A DNA stretch of 64,000 nt from the human T2T-CHM13v2.0 reference genome, Homo sapiens: NCBI RefSeq assembly GCF_009914755.1, contig NC_060940.1. One strand, written 5' to 3'. Below are positions 12,450 through 28,302 of the stretch, in pieces. The notes beneath the pieces are model-generated. The model made no database searches. It saw only the letters and a program-made list of their open reading frames with translations, and was not told the DNA's origin. The stretch's first letter is position 1, and each line of letters begins with the position of its first letter. A program made the translations under genes and the position numbers.

Positions 12450-13430
12450 AGCAGTGTAGTCTATTGGAGTTTCCTGTGATGATGAAAGTGTTTATAATCT
12501 TACTGTCCACTGTAGTAGCTACTGTTTACTTATGGTTATTGAGTGAGTTAAGATATATGCTGGATTTCAAAGACTTAGTATATGAAAGTGTTTTAAATAG
12601 CTCATTGAGAGTTTTTAAAAAGTCGATTGCCTGTTGTGATAACATATTGGGCTAAATATATTTTTAAAATTAGTCTTACCTGTTTTATTTTTTCTTTTCC
12701 CTTTTTATTTTAATTTAATTTTATTTTATTTTATTTTATTTTATTTATTTGGGACCGAGTCTTGCTCTTTCCCCTAGGCTGGAGTGCAGTGGTGCGATCT
12801 CGGCTCACTACAACCTCTGCCTCAGCCTCAGCCTCAGCCTTAGCCTCCTGAGCAGCTGGGATTACAGGTGTGTGACATCACACCCAGCTAATTTTTTTTT
12901 TTTTTTTTTTGTTTTTTGTTTTTTGTTTTTTGTTTTTGTTTTTAAGATGGAGTCTTGCTCATTGCCCAGGCTGGAGTGCAATGGCATAATCTCGGCTCAC
13001 TGCATCCTCTCCCTCCTGGGTTCAGTGATTCTCCCTGCCTTAGCCTCCTAAGTAGCTGGGATTACAGGCGCCCACTACCATGCCTGGCTAATTTTTAGTT
13101 GAGATGGGTTTTCCCATGTTGGCTAGGCTGCTCTTGAACTCCTGGCCTGAGGTGATCCACCCGCCTCGGACTCCCAAAGTGCTGGGATTATAAGCGTGAG
13201 CCACCGCGCCCGGCTTTTTTGGTATTTTTAGTAGAGACGGGATTTCGCCATGTTGGGCAGGTTGGCCTAAACTCTTGACCTCAAGTGATCTGCCCGCCTC
13301 AGCCTTCCATAGTGCTGGGATTTCAGGCCTGAGCCACTGTGCTTGGCCTCTTTTTCCGTTTTAAAATGTGGCTATTAGAAAAATTTTAATTGCATGTATT
13401 GCTTGCATTATTTTTCTCTTGGGCAGTATG
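12450..13430 (-). mobile_element. MER33 (hAT-Charlie) interrupted by nested Alus
   Basis: gatttcaaagacttagta...aaaattagtcttacctgtt; continues after the Alus with aatgtggctattagaaaaattttaattgcat. Confidence 0.75.
12702..13348 (-). mobile_element. Alu with a second Alu (12892-13214) inserted in its middle A-rich linker
   Basis: Right arm 12745-12890, complete inner Alu, then left arm 13215-13348. Confidence 0.9.
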
Positions 13431-13870
13431 GATCTGGATAATTTGTCTATGAAGATATATTTACAATTATATGTGCTTCTCTCTGTCTATCTGTATCAGT
13501 CTGTCTTTTGAAGGACATTTTATTAAACAGCATCATATAGTGTATAATGAATTACAATTTGTTATTATTTAACGGTGCAATTAGAACTTTTTTTCCCCAC
13601 ATATTGGTACCTGTAAGTTAATATCATCCTCTGTAATTATTATATAGCAATCTTTAGATAAACTGATTTATTAGTTGCCTATCAATTTATACGTAGTACC
13701 AGGGATGGATATAAAGAATAGAAACAGGTACAGCTGTGGAGAATGCAACCATTTAAGAGTGGGACAGAAGTTATCTCTGCAGACTGTCTGGAGAATAAAG
13801 AAACAAAGGAACAGAAGCTACTTGGAACAGAGGTGTTGATGGAAATGAAGAAATAGAAGTCCCTAAAAGG

Positions 13871-14164
<294 letters not shown>

Positions 14165-14204
14165 CTGAGAAAATGTCTGCAAACTACTTGAAATATGATT
14201 TAGC

Positions 14205-14345
14205 TCCCCTGTACTAGAATATACTCTTCAAGAGGTCAGATACTGCTTGTTTTTATGTGAACATATGTCACCAACAACTAGTAAACGTGCCCAACACACA
14301 GTAGGGATTCAGTAAGTATGTGTTGAAGAAATGAATGGAATGGCA
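14205..14345 (+). mobile_element. L2 3' end fragment
   Basis: gtgcccaacacacagtagg...cagtaagtatgtgttgaagaaatgaatg. Confidence 0.6.
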
Positions 14346-14394
14346 ACTCTCAATTTTGGATTTCTTTGCTTCGCATTTTAAAAATTCTGATAGT

Positions 14395-14690
<296 letters not shown>

Positions 14691-14770
14691 ATTCTGTTAG
14701 TATTCACATAGAAGGATGATACTGTGTCCCATAAAATATATCCAAGTTTACCAAGTAGAAGTAGCATATA

Positions 14771-14850
14771 TTACATTGGTGCAAAAGTAATTGTGCTTTT
14801 TGTCATTACTTTCAAAGGCAAAAGCCGTGATCAGTTTTGCACCGACCTAA
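14771..14850. mobile_element. MADE1 (Hsmar1-derived 80-bp MITE)
   Basis: ttacattggtgcaaaagtaattgtgctttttgtcattactttcaaaggcaaaagccgtgatcagttttgcaccgacctaa; 80-bp imperfect palindrome with TA on both sides. Confidence 0.92.
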
Positions 14851-15172
14851 TAGTTGTGAATGTGAGCTTGGACAAGTTTCTTAAGCTTACTGGTCTTCCA
14901 TGATCTTCCATGTCCATCTCAGGATAGTTCGAGCCCAAACTGCTTGTTAAGGTCCAGGAAGCTGATACATATCAGTGAGTGCTGATAACAGAAAACCATG
15001 CTATGTCTAGTTGCTAATTTTTTAAGATAAGATAAGGCTGTCATTTTTTATGATAGAAAAGTGACTCTCGCAATTTATTGCCAACGAGAACCACCACATT
15101 GTTCATTGATTGCATATTTTAAAGCTCTGTGTCCAGATATTCTAATTTACTACATCACAGTTGGCTATTTCT

Positions 15173-15459
15173 GGCCAGGCGTGGTGGCTCACACCTGTAA
15201 TTCCAGTACGTTGGGAGGCCAAGGTGGGTGGCCTGCTTCAGCACAGAAGTTCGAGGCCATCCTAGGCAACGTAATAAAATTGTCTCTCCAAAAAAAAAAA
15301 AAAAAAAAAAAAAAGACACGGTGGCGTGTACCTTTAGTTCCAGTTACAGAATGAGGCAGGAGAATTACTTGAGCCTGGGAGGCAGAGGTTGCAGTGAGTT
15401 GAGACCATGCCACGTCACTCCAGCCTGGGCAGTAGAGTGAGACCTTGTCTCAAAACAAA
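15173..15459 (+). mobile_element. Alu (AluJ-like)
   Basis: Dimer; 14-bp TSD agttggctatttct. Confidence 0.93.
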
Positions 15460-15623
15460 AGTTGGCTATTTCTGCATTTCTCCATTTCAGCTAATACATC
15501 TGTATGTACAGGCCCTGGACAGGATGCCTGGGAGACATTAATAAGCAACATTCCGTTTGGGCCTCAGGAAGCTCATATCCCATAGGGGAACTGACACAAT
15601 GATTAGCACAAATACGTAGATAA

Positions 15624-15991
<368 letters not shown>

Positions 15992-16182
15992 CACTTCTGA
16001 AATGTTAATGTGCATAGGAATCACTTCAGGGTTTTGTATCAAATTCAGTTTCTTAGATCCTACCCACAGAGTTTCTGATTCAATCAATAGGGTGGTGGGG
16101 GTGTCCCAGATCCTGTGTTGTTAACAGGACTCCCTGTGTTTCAGAAGCTGGTGCTATGAAAACTACACCTTGAAAACTATTG
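15992..16182. mobile_element. MER5-like hAT element
   Basis: tgcataggaatcac...cccacagagtttctgattca...ttaacaggactccc...accttgaaaactattg. Confidence 0.6.
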
Positions 16183-16318
16183 TCAGAGTGTGGTCCACCT
16201 CTAGAAAATATTGGCCTGTCTTTGCCAGAGTTTCACCCATTCCTTAGGGAGAACGGGTGTAGCTGTCTCTTCCTTTCCAGTCTGTGTAGGAAGCAGAACC
16301 AAGCTCATAGAGAAGCAA

Positions 16319-16666
16319 TTTTTTTTTTTTTTTTGAGATGGAGTCTCACTCTGTTGCACAGGCTGGAGTGCAGTGGTGCAATCTCGGCTTACTGCAGCCT
16401 CTGCCTCCCGGATTCAAGGGATTTTCCTGGTGCAATCTCGGCTCATTGCAGCCTCTGCCTCCCAGGTTCAAGCAATTCTCCTGCCTCAGCTTTCCCAGTA
16501 GCTGGGACTACAGGTACCCACCACCATGCCCAGCTAATTTTTGTATTTTTAGTAGAGACGGGGTTTCACCATGTTGGCCAGGCTGGTCTTGAACTCTTGA
16601 TCTCACGTGATCTGCCTTGGCCTCCCAAAGTGCTGGGATTACAGGCGTGAGCTACTGCATCCAGCC
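16319..16666 (-). mobile_element. Alu with internal 54-bp tandem duplication
   Basis: Units start at 16375 and 16429; TSD agcaatt. Confidence 0.93.
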
Positions 16667-19097
16667 TAGCAATTCCTTAAGTACCTTGTTCATCCCTTCC
16701 AAGGTCAGCTTGGGTTCCTCAGTAGTCGTGGTATTTCTCTGTGGTGTAAAATGCACATAAAGGACTTAAAAACTAGGTAAGAAGGCAGTTAAGGATAAAA
16801 GTTACACAACTTCAACCATATTCTGTTAGAGCCACAAAGGGCTTCAGAAACCAGCTAATGATTTTAGAGAAAAGATGGCATGAGTCCAAGAGGTTGCATG
16901 ATCTACCCAAGGTCACTTGTGTCTAGAGTTTTTGTGTATCATGACATGACCAATGGCCATGGCCCAGAAAGGCTGATTCCTTCCTTTTCCAAAAAAAAAA
17001 AAAAAAAAAAGATTTGTGATACTTCAATATATTCAGTGCCCACCGCCCAAGCACGGTGTCATTCACAAGGAATTATAATGGATTTCATTGTAGAATGCAG
17101 ACTCCTTCTTCCCAATTACTTCTTTGCTTTAAACATAAAGCCGAGAGCCTGACCCTGGGAATAGTTCTTGTCTGAATTTCTGATAGATTTTAATTTCGCA
17201 GCTGGAGCCTGGTCCTCACAGTCATTCCCTAATTTCTTTTGTTAGTCTACTGCATTCATCTTTGGTTCTGTGTAGGATCCATAGATGGACTGAACTGTAA
17301 CACTGACTTTCTTTTCTTTGTCTCACTTGTCAAATAAAATCATTTGAGGCTGAATGGTATTGATAGCTGTGCAATGACTTGTTGCTACTGTAGAGGGGAC
17401 CCTGCACACACCTTCCTGGGAGTCATGTTTGTTGTTCAAATGAGTCTTCTGAGAATCAGGATCTCTTGAAAAAGATAACACATCAGTAGTATTAAAAACT
17501 AACGAATAGGGCAAATCCTCATTTAGCTCCTTTCGGTAATAAATTCATTTGCTTGGGTTCAGGATTTGTAGAGCATATTCTAAATGCATTGCTGGCTGAG
17601 GGATCCATCAGAGTGGGAAGGGGAGATGGGGAAAGCCATCCTGTTGCATTGAAGAAACGGAATCTGTGATCAGGAAACCTGGTTAAAGGTCCTTTCCCCT
17701 TTGTAATTTTATTCTACATAGGGAGGCACGAGTGGTGCTGCAACATATGGAGAGACTTGAGTTTAATTGTTAAAATTCCACTCAGCCGGGCCACTTCTTC
17801 ACTGTGATTTGCACTATTTAGCATTTGTGTGCATTAGGTAATATATTTAATGTTTCTCCCTCCAATCCAATTTGCGTGTGTTTGGCAGCAGCCCAGCTCC
17901 ATGGGCATGGGGCAGGGGAGATCATAAATCTGCCATCCTGGAGCATGGAAACTGTATTGCTGCATTTGATAGTATGCTTGCATGAACACTCCAAAATGCT
18001 TGTGAAGCAATACCACCTCTTCCCCGAACGTCTCTCAGGGACAACATTAATGTATCTCATATTGTATTGATTGTAGCCAATAAGTGCCTAAATGATTTGG
18101 TGCAAGGCAGAAAGATTATGCAGGGAAGAGGGGTGGAGGTGGCTTTAGAAGAAGTATGTGGTTTAATTACTGGCTGAATTTCCTCAATCCACCTCCCCCT
18201 CTGGGAGTTTAACAAACAGGCCTTAGTGCACTTTAGCTGTTGCTGACATCTGTTGAAATGATATCTGCCCGTGATGAGGGGAGTTTGGGAATTGCGCTTG
18301 GGGTATTGGCGGGATCAGGGAGCCACAGGAAGCTCCTTTCCAGTCTGCAAAATTAGAAGGAGGAAAACACTGCAGTAGTACTCTAAGGTTAAGCTATGGA
18401 GAGCACAGTTTTATCTAATGGAATTCTGCCTTCCGACTTAATGAAGCCATCTCCATCTTAAATGCAGGGTTGGATGTAAGTGTCTAGAGTCTAATGATCT
18501 TAAAGTCCCAGGTGTTGATAACAAACACAGAGTTGAGCTGAAAACATGAATAGTGCATGGGCAATGCTTCAGGCACCCAATTGTAAAAACCACCCCCAGC
18601 TCTCTCTTTTTAATGCCATGCTAAGAACTGTTAGGAAACTTCACAGTTTTTAGGTAAACAACAAGTGACCGATTTTCTTGCATTTTTTAATAGAAGCAAA
18701 AGAAGCCAAAACCTAGCTAAAATTTCATGTTGGGTCCAGCACCAGGAAGAATGATGCTGTGTATCTGCTAGTGTTTTGATTACATCAATAATTCAAAGAA
18801 AGTGCCATCCACTTAATCTCTTTTATGCCTCTCCACCCGAAAGGATCCTGGTTGTATTCTGAAAGTCCTGAAGCTATCATATTCCACAGCTTTTTCTGAA
18901 ATGTGTTATTATGTTATGCTTGAAACATTTATATATGTTACCAACCAAATTGCATGGAAACGATTTGCTTTCAGAGACTGATAAAAATTCACTTTTGATG
19001 GTAGACACAAGGTGAGATGTTATCAAAACAAAATTCCAAATTAACTTGGATATCTCTATCAGAACATATCCCTGATTGGGCATGTGATTCTTGCATT

Positions 19098-19102
<5 letters not shown>

Positions 19103-19131
<29 letters not shown>
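19103..19131. repeat. (TG)n microsatellite
   Basis: Directly visible. Confidence 0.95.
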
Positions 19132-19133
<2 letters not shown>

Positions 19134-19447
19134 GGTCATTGTATTTAAAAATGTGTTTGCATACGTGTGTATATGGATATATATGTGCCAGGTATTAGGC
19201 TGGCTAATTATTGTGACTAAAACTCTCTGGGGTTAAGTGGAAAATTAAAAATTCAGAACAACCATAGTCTGTTATCTGTCACCTGTAATTTAGGCTAATA
19301 TCTCAATTCTCTTGTTATGGACATTTCTCTTACAGTGTGGCTTTACATAATGGGAATTGGATGTAATGTGATCAATTAATTAGAGCATATGATTTACATT
19401 AGTCAAACCTGTATTGATTACAAAATGACTATCATCTGAAAGTAGCC

Positions 19448-19448
<1 letters not shown>

Positions 19449-19495
<47 letters not shown>
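19449..19495. repeat. (TG)n microsatellite
   Basis: About 23 units. Confidence 0.97.
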
Positions 19496-19497
<2 letters not shown>

Positions 19498-19649
19498 GAA
19501 GTGGTGATCCTGCTTTGTATGTGGCCAACTTGGGGAGGGGGATGGATTTTTCACTTTATTATTGTGACGTGTGATAGACCTATGGGGTGTTTTAAAATTC
19601 CCAAGCAAATAATCTTGCTGGTGGTGACAGAAGAGGAAGGCTTTGAAGA

Positions 19650-19952
19650 GGGGTGTGGTGGCTCACGCCTGTAATCCCACTACTTTGGGAGGCCAAGGAG
19701 GGTGGATCACCTTAGGTCAGGATCACCAGCATGGGCAACACACTGAAACCTTGTCTCTACTAAACATACAAAAATTAGCTGGACGTGGTGGTGCACGCTT
19801 GTAATCCCAGCTACTCAGAAGGCTGAGGCAGGAGAATCACTTGAACCTGGGAGCACAGAGGTTGCAGTGAGCCAAGATCATGCCACCGCACTGCAGCCTG
19901 GGCCATAGAGTGAGACTCCATCTTAAAAAAATAATAATAAAAAACAAAAAAA
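19650..19952 (+). mobile_element. Alu (AluS)
   Basis: Dimer; TSD aaggctttga. Confidence 0.93.
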
Positions 19953-20689
19953 GGGAAAGGCTTTGAGGTAAAAGCTAGAGGTACTTACACTTGAGATTGG
20001 TTCAGATTTTATAACTCAACAGACAAGTATCTGATTCTCTGCATCCTCCTATGTTTGAACCATAAATTTATTAGAAAGCATATATAGGAAAAAACAACCC
20101 AGTTCCTTTGAGTCTGAAACTTTCTAGTCCCTAATTACTTTTTCCCATTGGAAGTATATTTATAGCATACAAATCTAAACTTCTCAACTTACCTTGATAA
20201 CTGGTCCCCATGTTGATGGCCATGGGGCGTCTTGAAGACCATCAGTGATCCAAGTATATTCCATTAGTTTTCATGTCAAGAACATTTTATTGTATCCTAA
20301 TTATCTGAAACTTGGTCATCTGAAATAACATGGCAGTTCCCGATAAATCATTGCCTTTTTGATTTCCTAGCCATCTTGAATACAGGAAGGCTTAGTTTAG
20401 CCTTTGCTTTTAAATTCATATAAATACAATGATATTGAGTATCTCTACTTTAGAATAACACTGAACTAGTACTGGGATTTTTAAATTTGATATTCGGACA
20501 GCTCTTTTTCTGTTCTGTGGTTTTGTGCATGTGTGTGTGTGCATATAAACATGTATGTGTGTGCATGTATAGGTATCTGGATACACATCTAGATGTGTTT
20601 ATATCTAGATTGATACATACATGTGTATATATATCCATCCTCCTATCTGGACACGCATATTTGTTACTTGAAAATAAGTAGGGCTTGCA

Positions 20690-21100
20690 TACATTGTAGT
20701 TACTATTGTAAGTGCTTTCCAAATATTTAACTCATTTACTAGCCCAACGACTTTATGCTTTAGGCACTGTATTTTCATTTAACCAATGGGGACAGTGACG
20801 CACAAAGAAGCTAATTAGTTTGTCTGAGGTCACAGAGGTAGTAAGTGGCAGGATTGGGATTCAATTGATAATGCAGTGCTTCATACAAATAATGCTTTGC
20901 AATTTTTGAGCACTTTTCTACATGTCAGATAGAGGGATTTAATTTTTTACTCATTTGATTTTTATGGCCAGTCTATGAGTTGATTTCCATCATTGCTAGT
21001 TTGCTGAATGGGACACAGAGGCTGAAAGAATAACACATCTGTAGTCACAGAGTTAGAAGCTGATGGAACTGAACTTTGCATCCAGGAAATCAGACTAGAG
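20690..21100 (-). mobile_element. Two MIR fragments
   Basis: taactcattt...gaggtcacagaggtagtaagtggcaggattgggattcaa; second copy 20900-21100. Confidence 0.55.
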
Positions 21101-23029
21101 AATTTTTAATAAATTATCAAGAAAGTTTATAGGCAGCATTGAAGATTTCCTCATCAGCTTTATACATATGTATATGTATATATGTTTATATTTATATGCA
21201 CGTATTTATAAGTACATTGTAGACAGATGAAAAATAATAAAAGCAGGAAGTACCTTTTGTTGTGTTGACTGTGTTTTGCCCCCAAACTTACAACTCTCAA
21301 TAGTTGTCTTTTCTGTTAGCTGAAATTAAATAGAGAATTATCTTAGCATTTTCCCCCAATAACTTTAAGGTTTCTTAAGAGATGGTAAGTCCCTTTGAAG
21401 ACTAGAGTGATTTGACTCAACTTCTCCTTCTAGTAAAAAAAAGTCTGCCACCAATACATGTTTATATTTGTTAAAATAACATACTTATCAGTATGAAGTG
21501 GCATCAGCAAAACCAATGACTTAAAGGTACAATTGTCAACCTATGTTGAAAATATGTTGAATTTCCAAGAGGGAAACGGCTGCTTGATCAGAGTTCATTT
21601 ATATCCACGAGCATTGCACCAGCAATAAACTTTAAGTTAACGTTAACAATTTTAATTTGTATCTTTTAATTGTTGAAGTCTGAATTGCTTTCCAATTTCC
21701 CACAGAGTTTAATGTGTATGCAAATTGCACAGCCAGAAATTTAAGATACAAAAGATAGACTGCGTTTTGCAAACATACCATAATTATTGCTTAATTTTTA
21801 AAGGGTCTTTCTCTTTGTCAGGGTATTGTTCGGTTTCTTGAAACTGAACAGAAGAAAACTTTTGGTTAATGATTAGTATAAATCTTGTAATGGAACTTAA
21901 TTGAATATTAACTTTGTTGTTCTCACAACTACAGACTACTCAATTCCCTGTTTCTCTGAGGTAGGGTTTCTTGCTCTGTTAGTGCAAATAATTTGTCTTC
22001 TAGTAATAGCAGGAAACAGTTATCAGAACACTAGTTTAATTGTCTGAAGGTTGTGCACTACATGTAAGCTCTTAGAAAAAGGTAAAAAGAATTCTCATGT
22101 CTATTTTAATATTATATTTCTTAATCATTTAAACAGCTTGGCAGTCCTAGCAAAGTAAAAAAAAACTAAAATTGAAGGTAAATGCCGTTCTTTTGTTAAA
22201 ATTCAAGGTAGGAAATGCTGAGGTTTAGAAAAAATATAGATATAAATATATGTACATTATATTTAGTGTACAATAGCATATGTAGTATATAATTATCTAT
22301 TTATTTATTTACTTATTGAGTGTAAAATGAAAGCAGCCAAAGCAGTACATTTGGTGGATTAGTAGTGATTTAGCTATGAAGCATTTATATATTCAAATAT
22401 TTGTTGCTAAATATTCCTAAAGCCTATGGGGTTCTAGAAACTGGCTTAGGAGAGGAGACTGAAGGATGAACAACACTCATTAGTGTCTTCCATTGTGTTC
22501 AAGTGTTTACACATGAATCCAAGAAATAATAAGATGCTACAGATGGTGAAAACTAATCTGAAGGGGGCAAAATGAAGCCAGTGAGACACAGAATGGTTTG
22601 GGGATGGGGGCAGTTGTGTTAGACAAGGTTTTAGGGAAAAGATGATGTCAGAGCTCTTGGCAATGACTTGGCCCTACCAGAAGCAAGAGACAAAGTTCTA
22701 AATGAGAACAGCTGGTTGTATTGAAGAACCAAAATAGGATTTTAATTTGGTTATATCATTGTGATCGATGACTTTTGTTGCTTTTTGGTGTCTCCAAATT
22801 GCAATCCTGTTTCACATTTTGTGTTCCTTTCCCTCAGACTATTCCAAGAATGAAGGATGTTTGATGATGGCTACAGGTTGTCTTGTACAGAAAACTTAAT
22901 ATATCAGGCTCTCTTGAGAGAGTAGGAAGGGCATTTTATTACAGACTCCAGTCTAAAATTCCTTCTGAGTACTTTAAAATATACCCACAAATACTGGAGT
23001 CATGTTTCTTCTTTTTTTAATTAATTAAG

Positions 23030-23332
<303 letters not shown>

Positions 23333-23536
23333 TTTTTATTTTATTTTATTTTATTTTATTTTATTTTATTTTATTTTATTTTTTATTTTTTTTATTTTTT
23401 TTTTTTTTATTTTTTTTTTTAGAGATCAGGTCTCACTTGTTGATCAGGCTGGTCCTGAACTCCTGGGTTCAAGCGGTCCACCTGCCTCGGCCTCCAAAAG
23501 TGATGGGATGACAGGCATGAGCCGTTGTGCCTGGCC
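23333..23536 (-). mobile_element. Alu monomer (FLAM/left arm) with long (TTTTA)n tail
   Basis: (ttttta)n, then agagatcagg...gccgttgtgcctggcc. Confidence 0.85.
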
Positions 23537-23609
23537 AGGAGCTACATTTTTACTCCAGATTCATTGGTGGACCAGAGTGATTTGGTGATACTTAAACTCA
23601 TTCTGATTT

Positions 23610-23666
23610 TTTTTAATTTTTATTTTTTATTTGAGACGGAGTCTTGCTCTGTCACCCAGGCTGGAG
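23610..23666 (-). mobile_element. Severely 5'-truncated Alu
   Basis: Tail plus 35 bp of Alu 3' end; TSD cattct(g/c)attt. Confidence 0.85.
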
Positions 23667-23917
23667 CATTCTCATTTGTTTAATGGTGGTTTTAAAATGT
23701 TTTATTATGAAAAATTTCAAAAAAACACAAAAGTAGAATAGTATACTGATCCCTCATATGCTTTACAGCAGATTTCAACAACTACCAATATGTGGCCAAA
23801 CTTGTTTTGTGCTTTAATCTTCTTCTCCCTTCCCCATCAATATTTTGAAGCAAATCCAAAATATACTATTATTATTAAATATATCAGTATGTATATTGGA
23901 AAAAATGAAACTTTTTA

Positions 23918-24269
<352 letters not shown>

Positions 24270-24744
24270 GATTATTTAAGTAGGTGTCCAAACATCATAT
24301 TATTTTTAAAGTTTTCAGTACTTACAATTAGAATATGAGAATTCTTAAGGAAAAAAAAAGTACTGTCATTAGCGTTATTATGCCTTGAAAGTAGCAATAA
24401 TCTGTTAATATAAGCAAGCATTCTATCATTGTTCAAGTCTACCTGATAATCTTACACATTTTTAAAGTTTTATTATCAGAAATTTAAACATGATCGATAT
24501 GTCTCAAATTAAAATTAGTTGATACATCTCTCAAGTTTCTTTTATTAAACTGGTACCACCTCCAACTCAGTGTTTGCAATCTATTTGTTGAGGTCACCGG
24601 GTCATTTTTATGCAACAGTCTCTACATAGTCTGGTTTTGCTAATTGCATTCTTTCTTCTTTATATTTTCTGTTGACTGGTGGTTAAATTCAGAAGTTTGA
24701 TGAGATTTTTGTTCAATTTTGCTTTTGGCAAAAACACATAATAA

Positions 24745-25084
<340 letters not shown>

Positions 25085-25344
25085 AAACACATAATAAATT
25101 TTCTTGTTTACTTCCATTAGGAACCACATAATGCTTTTCTTTATTGAAGTCCTTTTTGGAAATTTTTATCAGTCACTAGCAACCATTACCATCACTCCTT
25201 TTTCATTTATTAGATAGAATACTTGTACAGAGAAAAATCTTTTACTGATTCTTTGCTTACCCCAAGGTAGAGTTCATGTGAGAAAAATAGGGGCATCTGT
25301 ATCTTCCTTCGTTTTTTTCCAGTTTTCAAATCCGTTTGAGTTAG

Positions 25345-25945
<601 letters not shown>

Positions 25946-26149
25946 TCTATTATTTGTTTTTAGAAGCTTTTCAGAACCAGGAGGCAGCTCAATTTGGGAG
26001 ATTTTGTGAACATCTTTATTATTATTACTTTAACTCTGTTCAGCACTTGTCTCAACTTTTCTTATTAAGTGGGGAGTCCCCATAGTAAGCGGGGGTCCCC
26101 AAAATAGAAGATCAGTTCTACTTTTTTTCTCCTGGAGTTTCTTCTTGTG

Positions 26150-26924
<775 letters not shown>

Positions 26925-27368
26925 CTATTTTCAAATAGCACTAAGTGGCTTAAAATACACTTTCTGAATGTCGGCTTTGTTTGAGGAATGTGTTGTGGTA
27001 GATGCTATATAATAAAGGGAAATTAGGCTGATAGGAGTTTCTCTCAACATCCCGATACACTCAGCGTGTTAAGATAAGGCTAGAAATCAGAATAACACAA
27101 GACAGAAACTTAGGAAGTTAGAAAGTGTAAGAATGTAGGAAAGGCGATGAGGTCAACATTTTATTACAGTTATTTTCTCCAAACTATGAGTGGATCTTGG
27201 TGGTCTTTTTTTTTCTTCTTCTTTTTTCTCTGTTGTGTTTGGTTTCCCAAAGAGAGGTTATACAATCAGGCCATGATTTACAAAGAATAGTCTTGCAGGA
27301 GCATTGCGTAAAATGGGTTTAAAGAAGAATGAAAGATGCTAGACAGATCGTTTAAAAAGGAGTTTCTG

Positions 27369-27668
27369 GGCCAGGCACGGTGGCTCACGCCTGTAATCCC
27401 AGCACTTTGGGAGGCCGAGGTGGGTGGATCACAAGGTCAGCAGATCAAGACCATCCTGGCCAACATGGTGAAACCCCCGTCTCTACTAAAAGTGCAAAAA
27501 TTAGCTGGGCGTGATGGTGAGCACTTGTAGTCCCAGCTACTCAGGAGGCTGAGGCAAGAGAATCACTTAGACCTGGGAGGCGGAGGTTGCACTGAGCAGA
27601 GATTGCGCCACTGTACTGCAGCCTGGTGACAGAGCGAGACTCCATCTTAAAAAAAAAAAAAGAAAAAA
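27369..27668 (+). mobile_element. Alu (AluSc-like)
   Basis: gatcaagaccatcctggccaac, tgtagtccc. Confidence 0.93.
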
Positions 27669-28178
27669 TTATAAAAGAAGGAGTAGTTTGTGAAGCCCTG
27701 TTAAATCCTGCTCTCAGGGATGCATATTTACACCCTTTAAAAATAAAATAAAACCAGAGGTTGAAACAAGGTATTAAAATACCTCTGGAGAAAAACTAAC
27801 CTCTTCCAGGAAAGTTTTGTTAGCTATAAACTCAAAGGTTGATACATGTAGCATCAAAGGAACATAGGAAAGCTTAGTTGATGCTGTAATTATTAAACAC
27901 AAACAATGTAATTAAGTTAGTATGTATTAGAAAAAAACATGATATGCACATCAAGTCTAATTTTATTAATAGAACTTTTTGGGATGAGACTAAAGGACAA
28001 TTCCTTGTCCAGGTTCTACTTATAAATTGCAAAGACTCACTAATGGTTTTCAGATGATTGGTTATTTGGTAAATTGGCTTTCAGTGGGTCAATGAAATGG
28101 TCATTAGGAGAACTGTCAATAAATTTATCTGCTTTCTTTTAAAAAAACATCCCATTTTCCCAGGGTAGAAATGAGGGG

Positions 28179-28302
28179 TTTTTTTTTTTTTTTTTATAAA
28201 AAAAGTAACGCTTCACAAATTTGCGTGCCATCTTTGCACAGGTGCCATACCACCTTCTCTGTATCATTCTAGTTTTAGTATATGTGTTGCCAATGTGGAC
28301 AC
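28179..28302 (-). pseudogene. RNU6: Retroposed U6 snRNA pseudogene (full length, diverged)
   Basis: Reverse strand reads GTGTCCACATTGGCAACACATATACTAAAACTAGAATGATACAGAGAAGGTGGTATGGCACCTGTGCAAAGATGGCACGCAAATTTGTGAAGCGTTACTTTTTTT, colinear with U6; poly(A) 28179-28195; TSD tagaaat(g/c)ag at 28166-28175 and 28303-28312. Confidence 0.95.

Noticed and set aside
16180-16650. Alu-derived ORFs ([13 protein letters not shown]..., PPKVLGLQA) throughout the window
   Set aside because: Standard Alu reading frames, not genes
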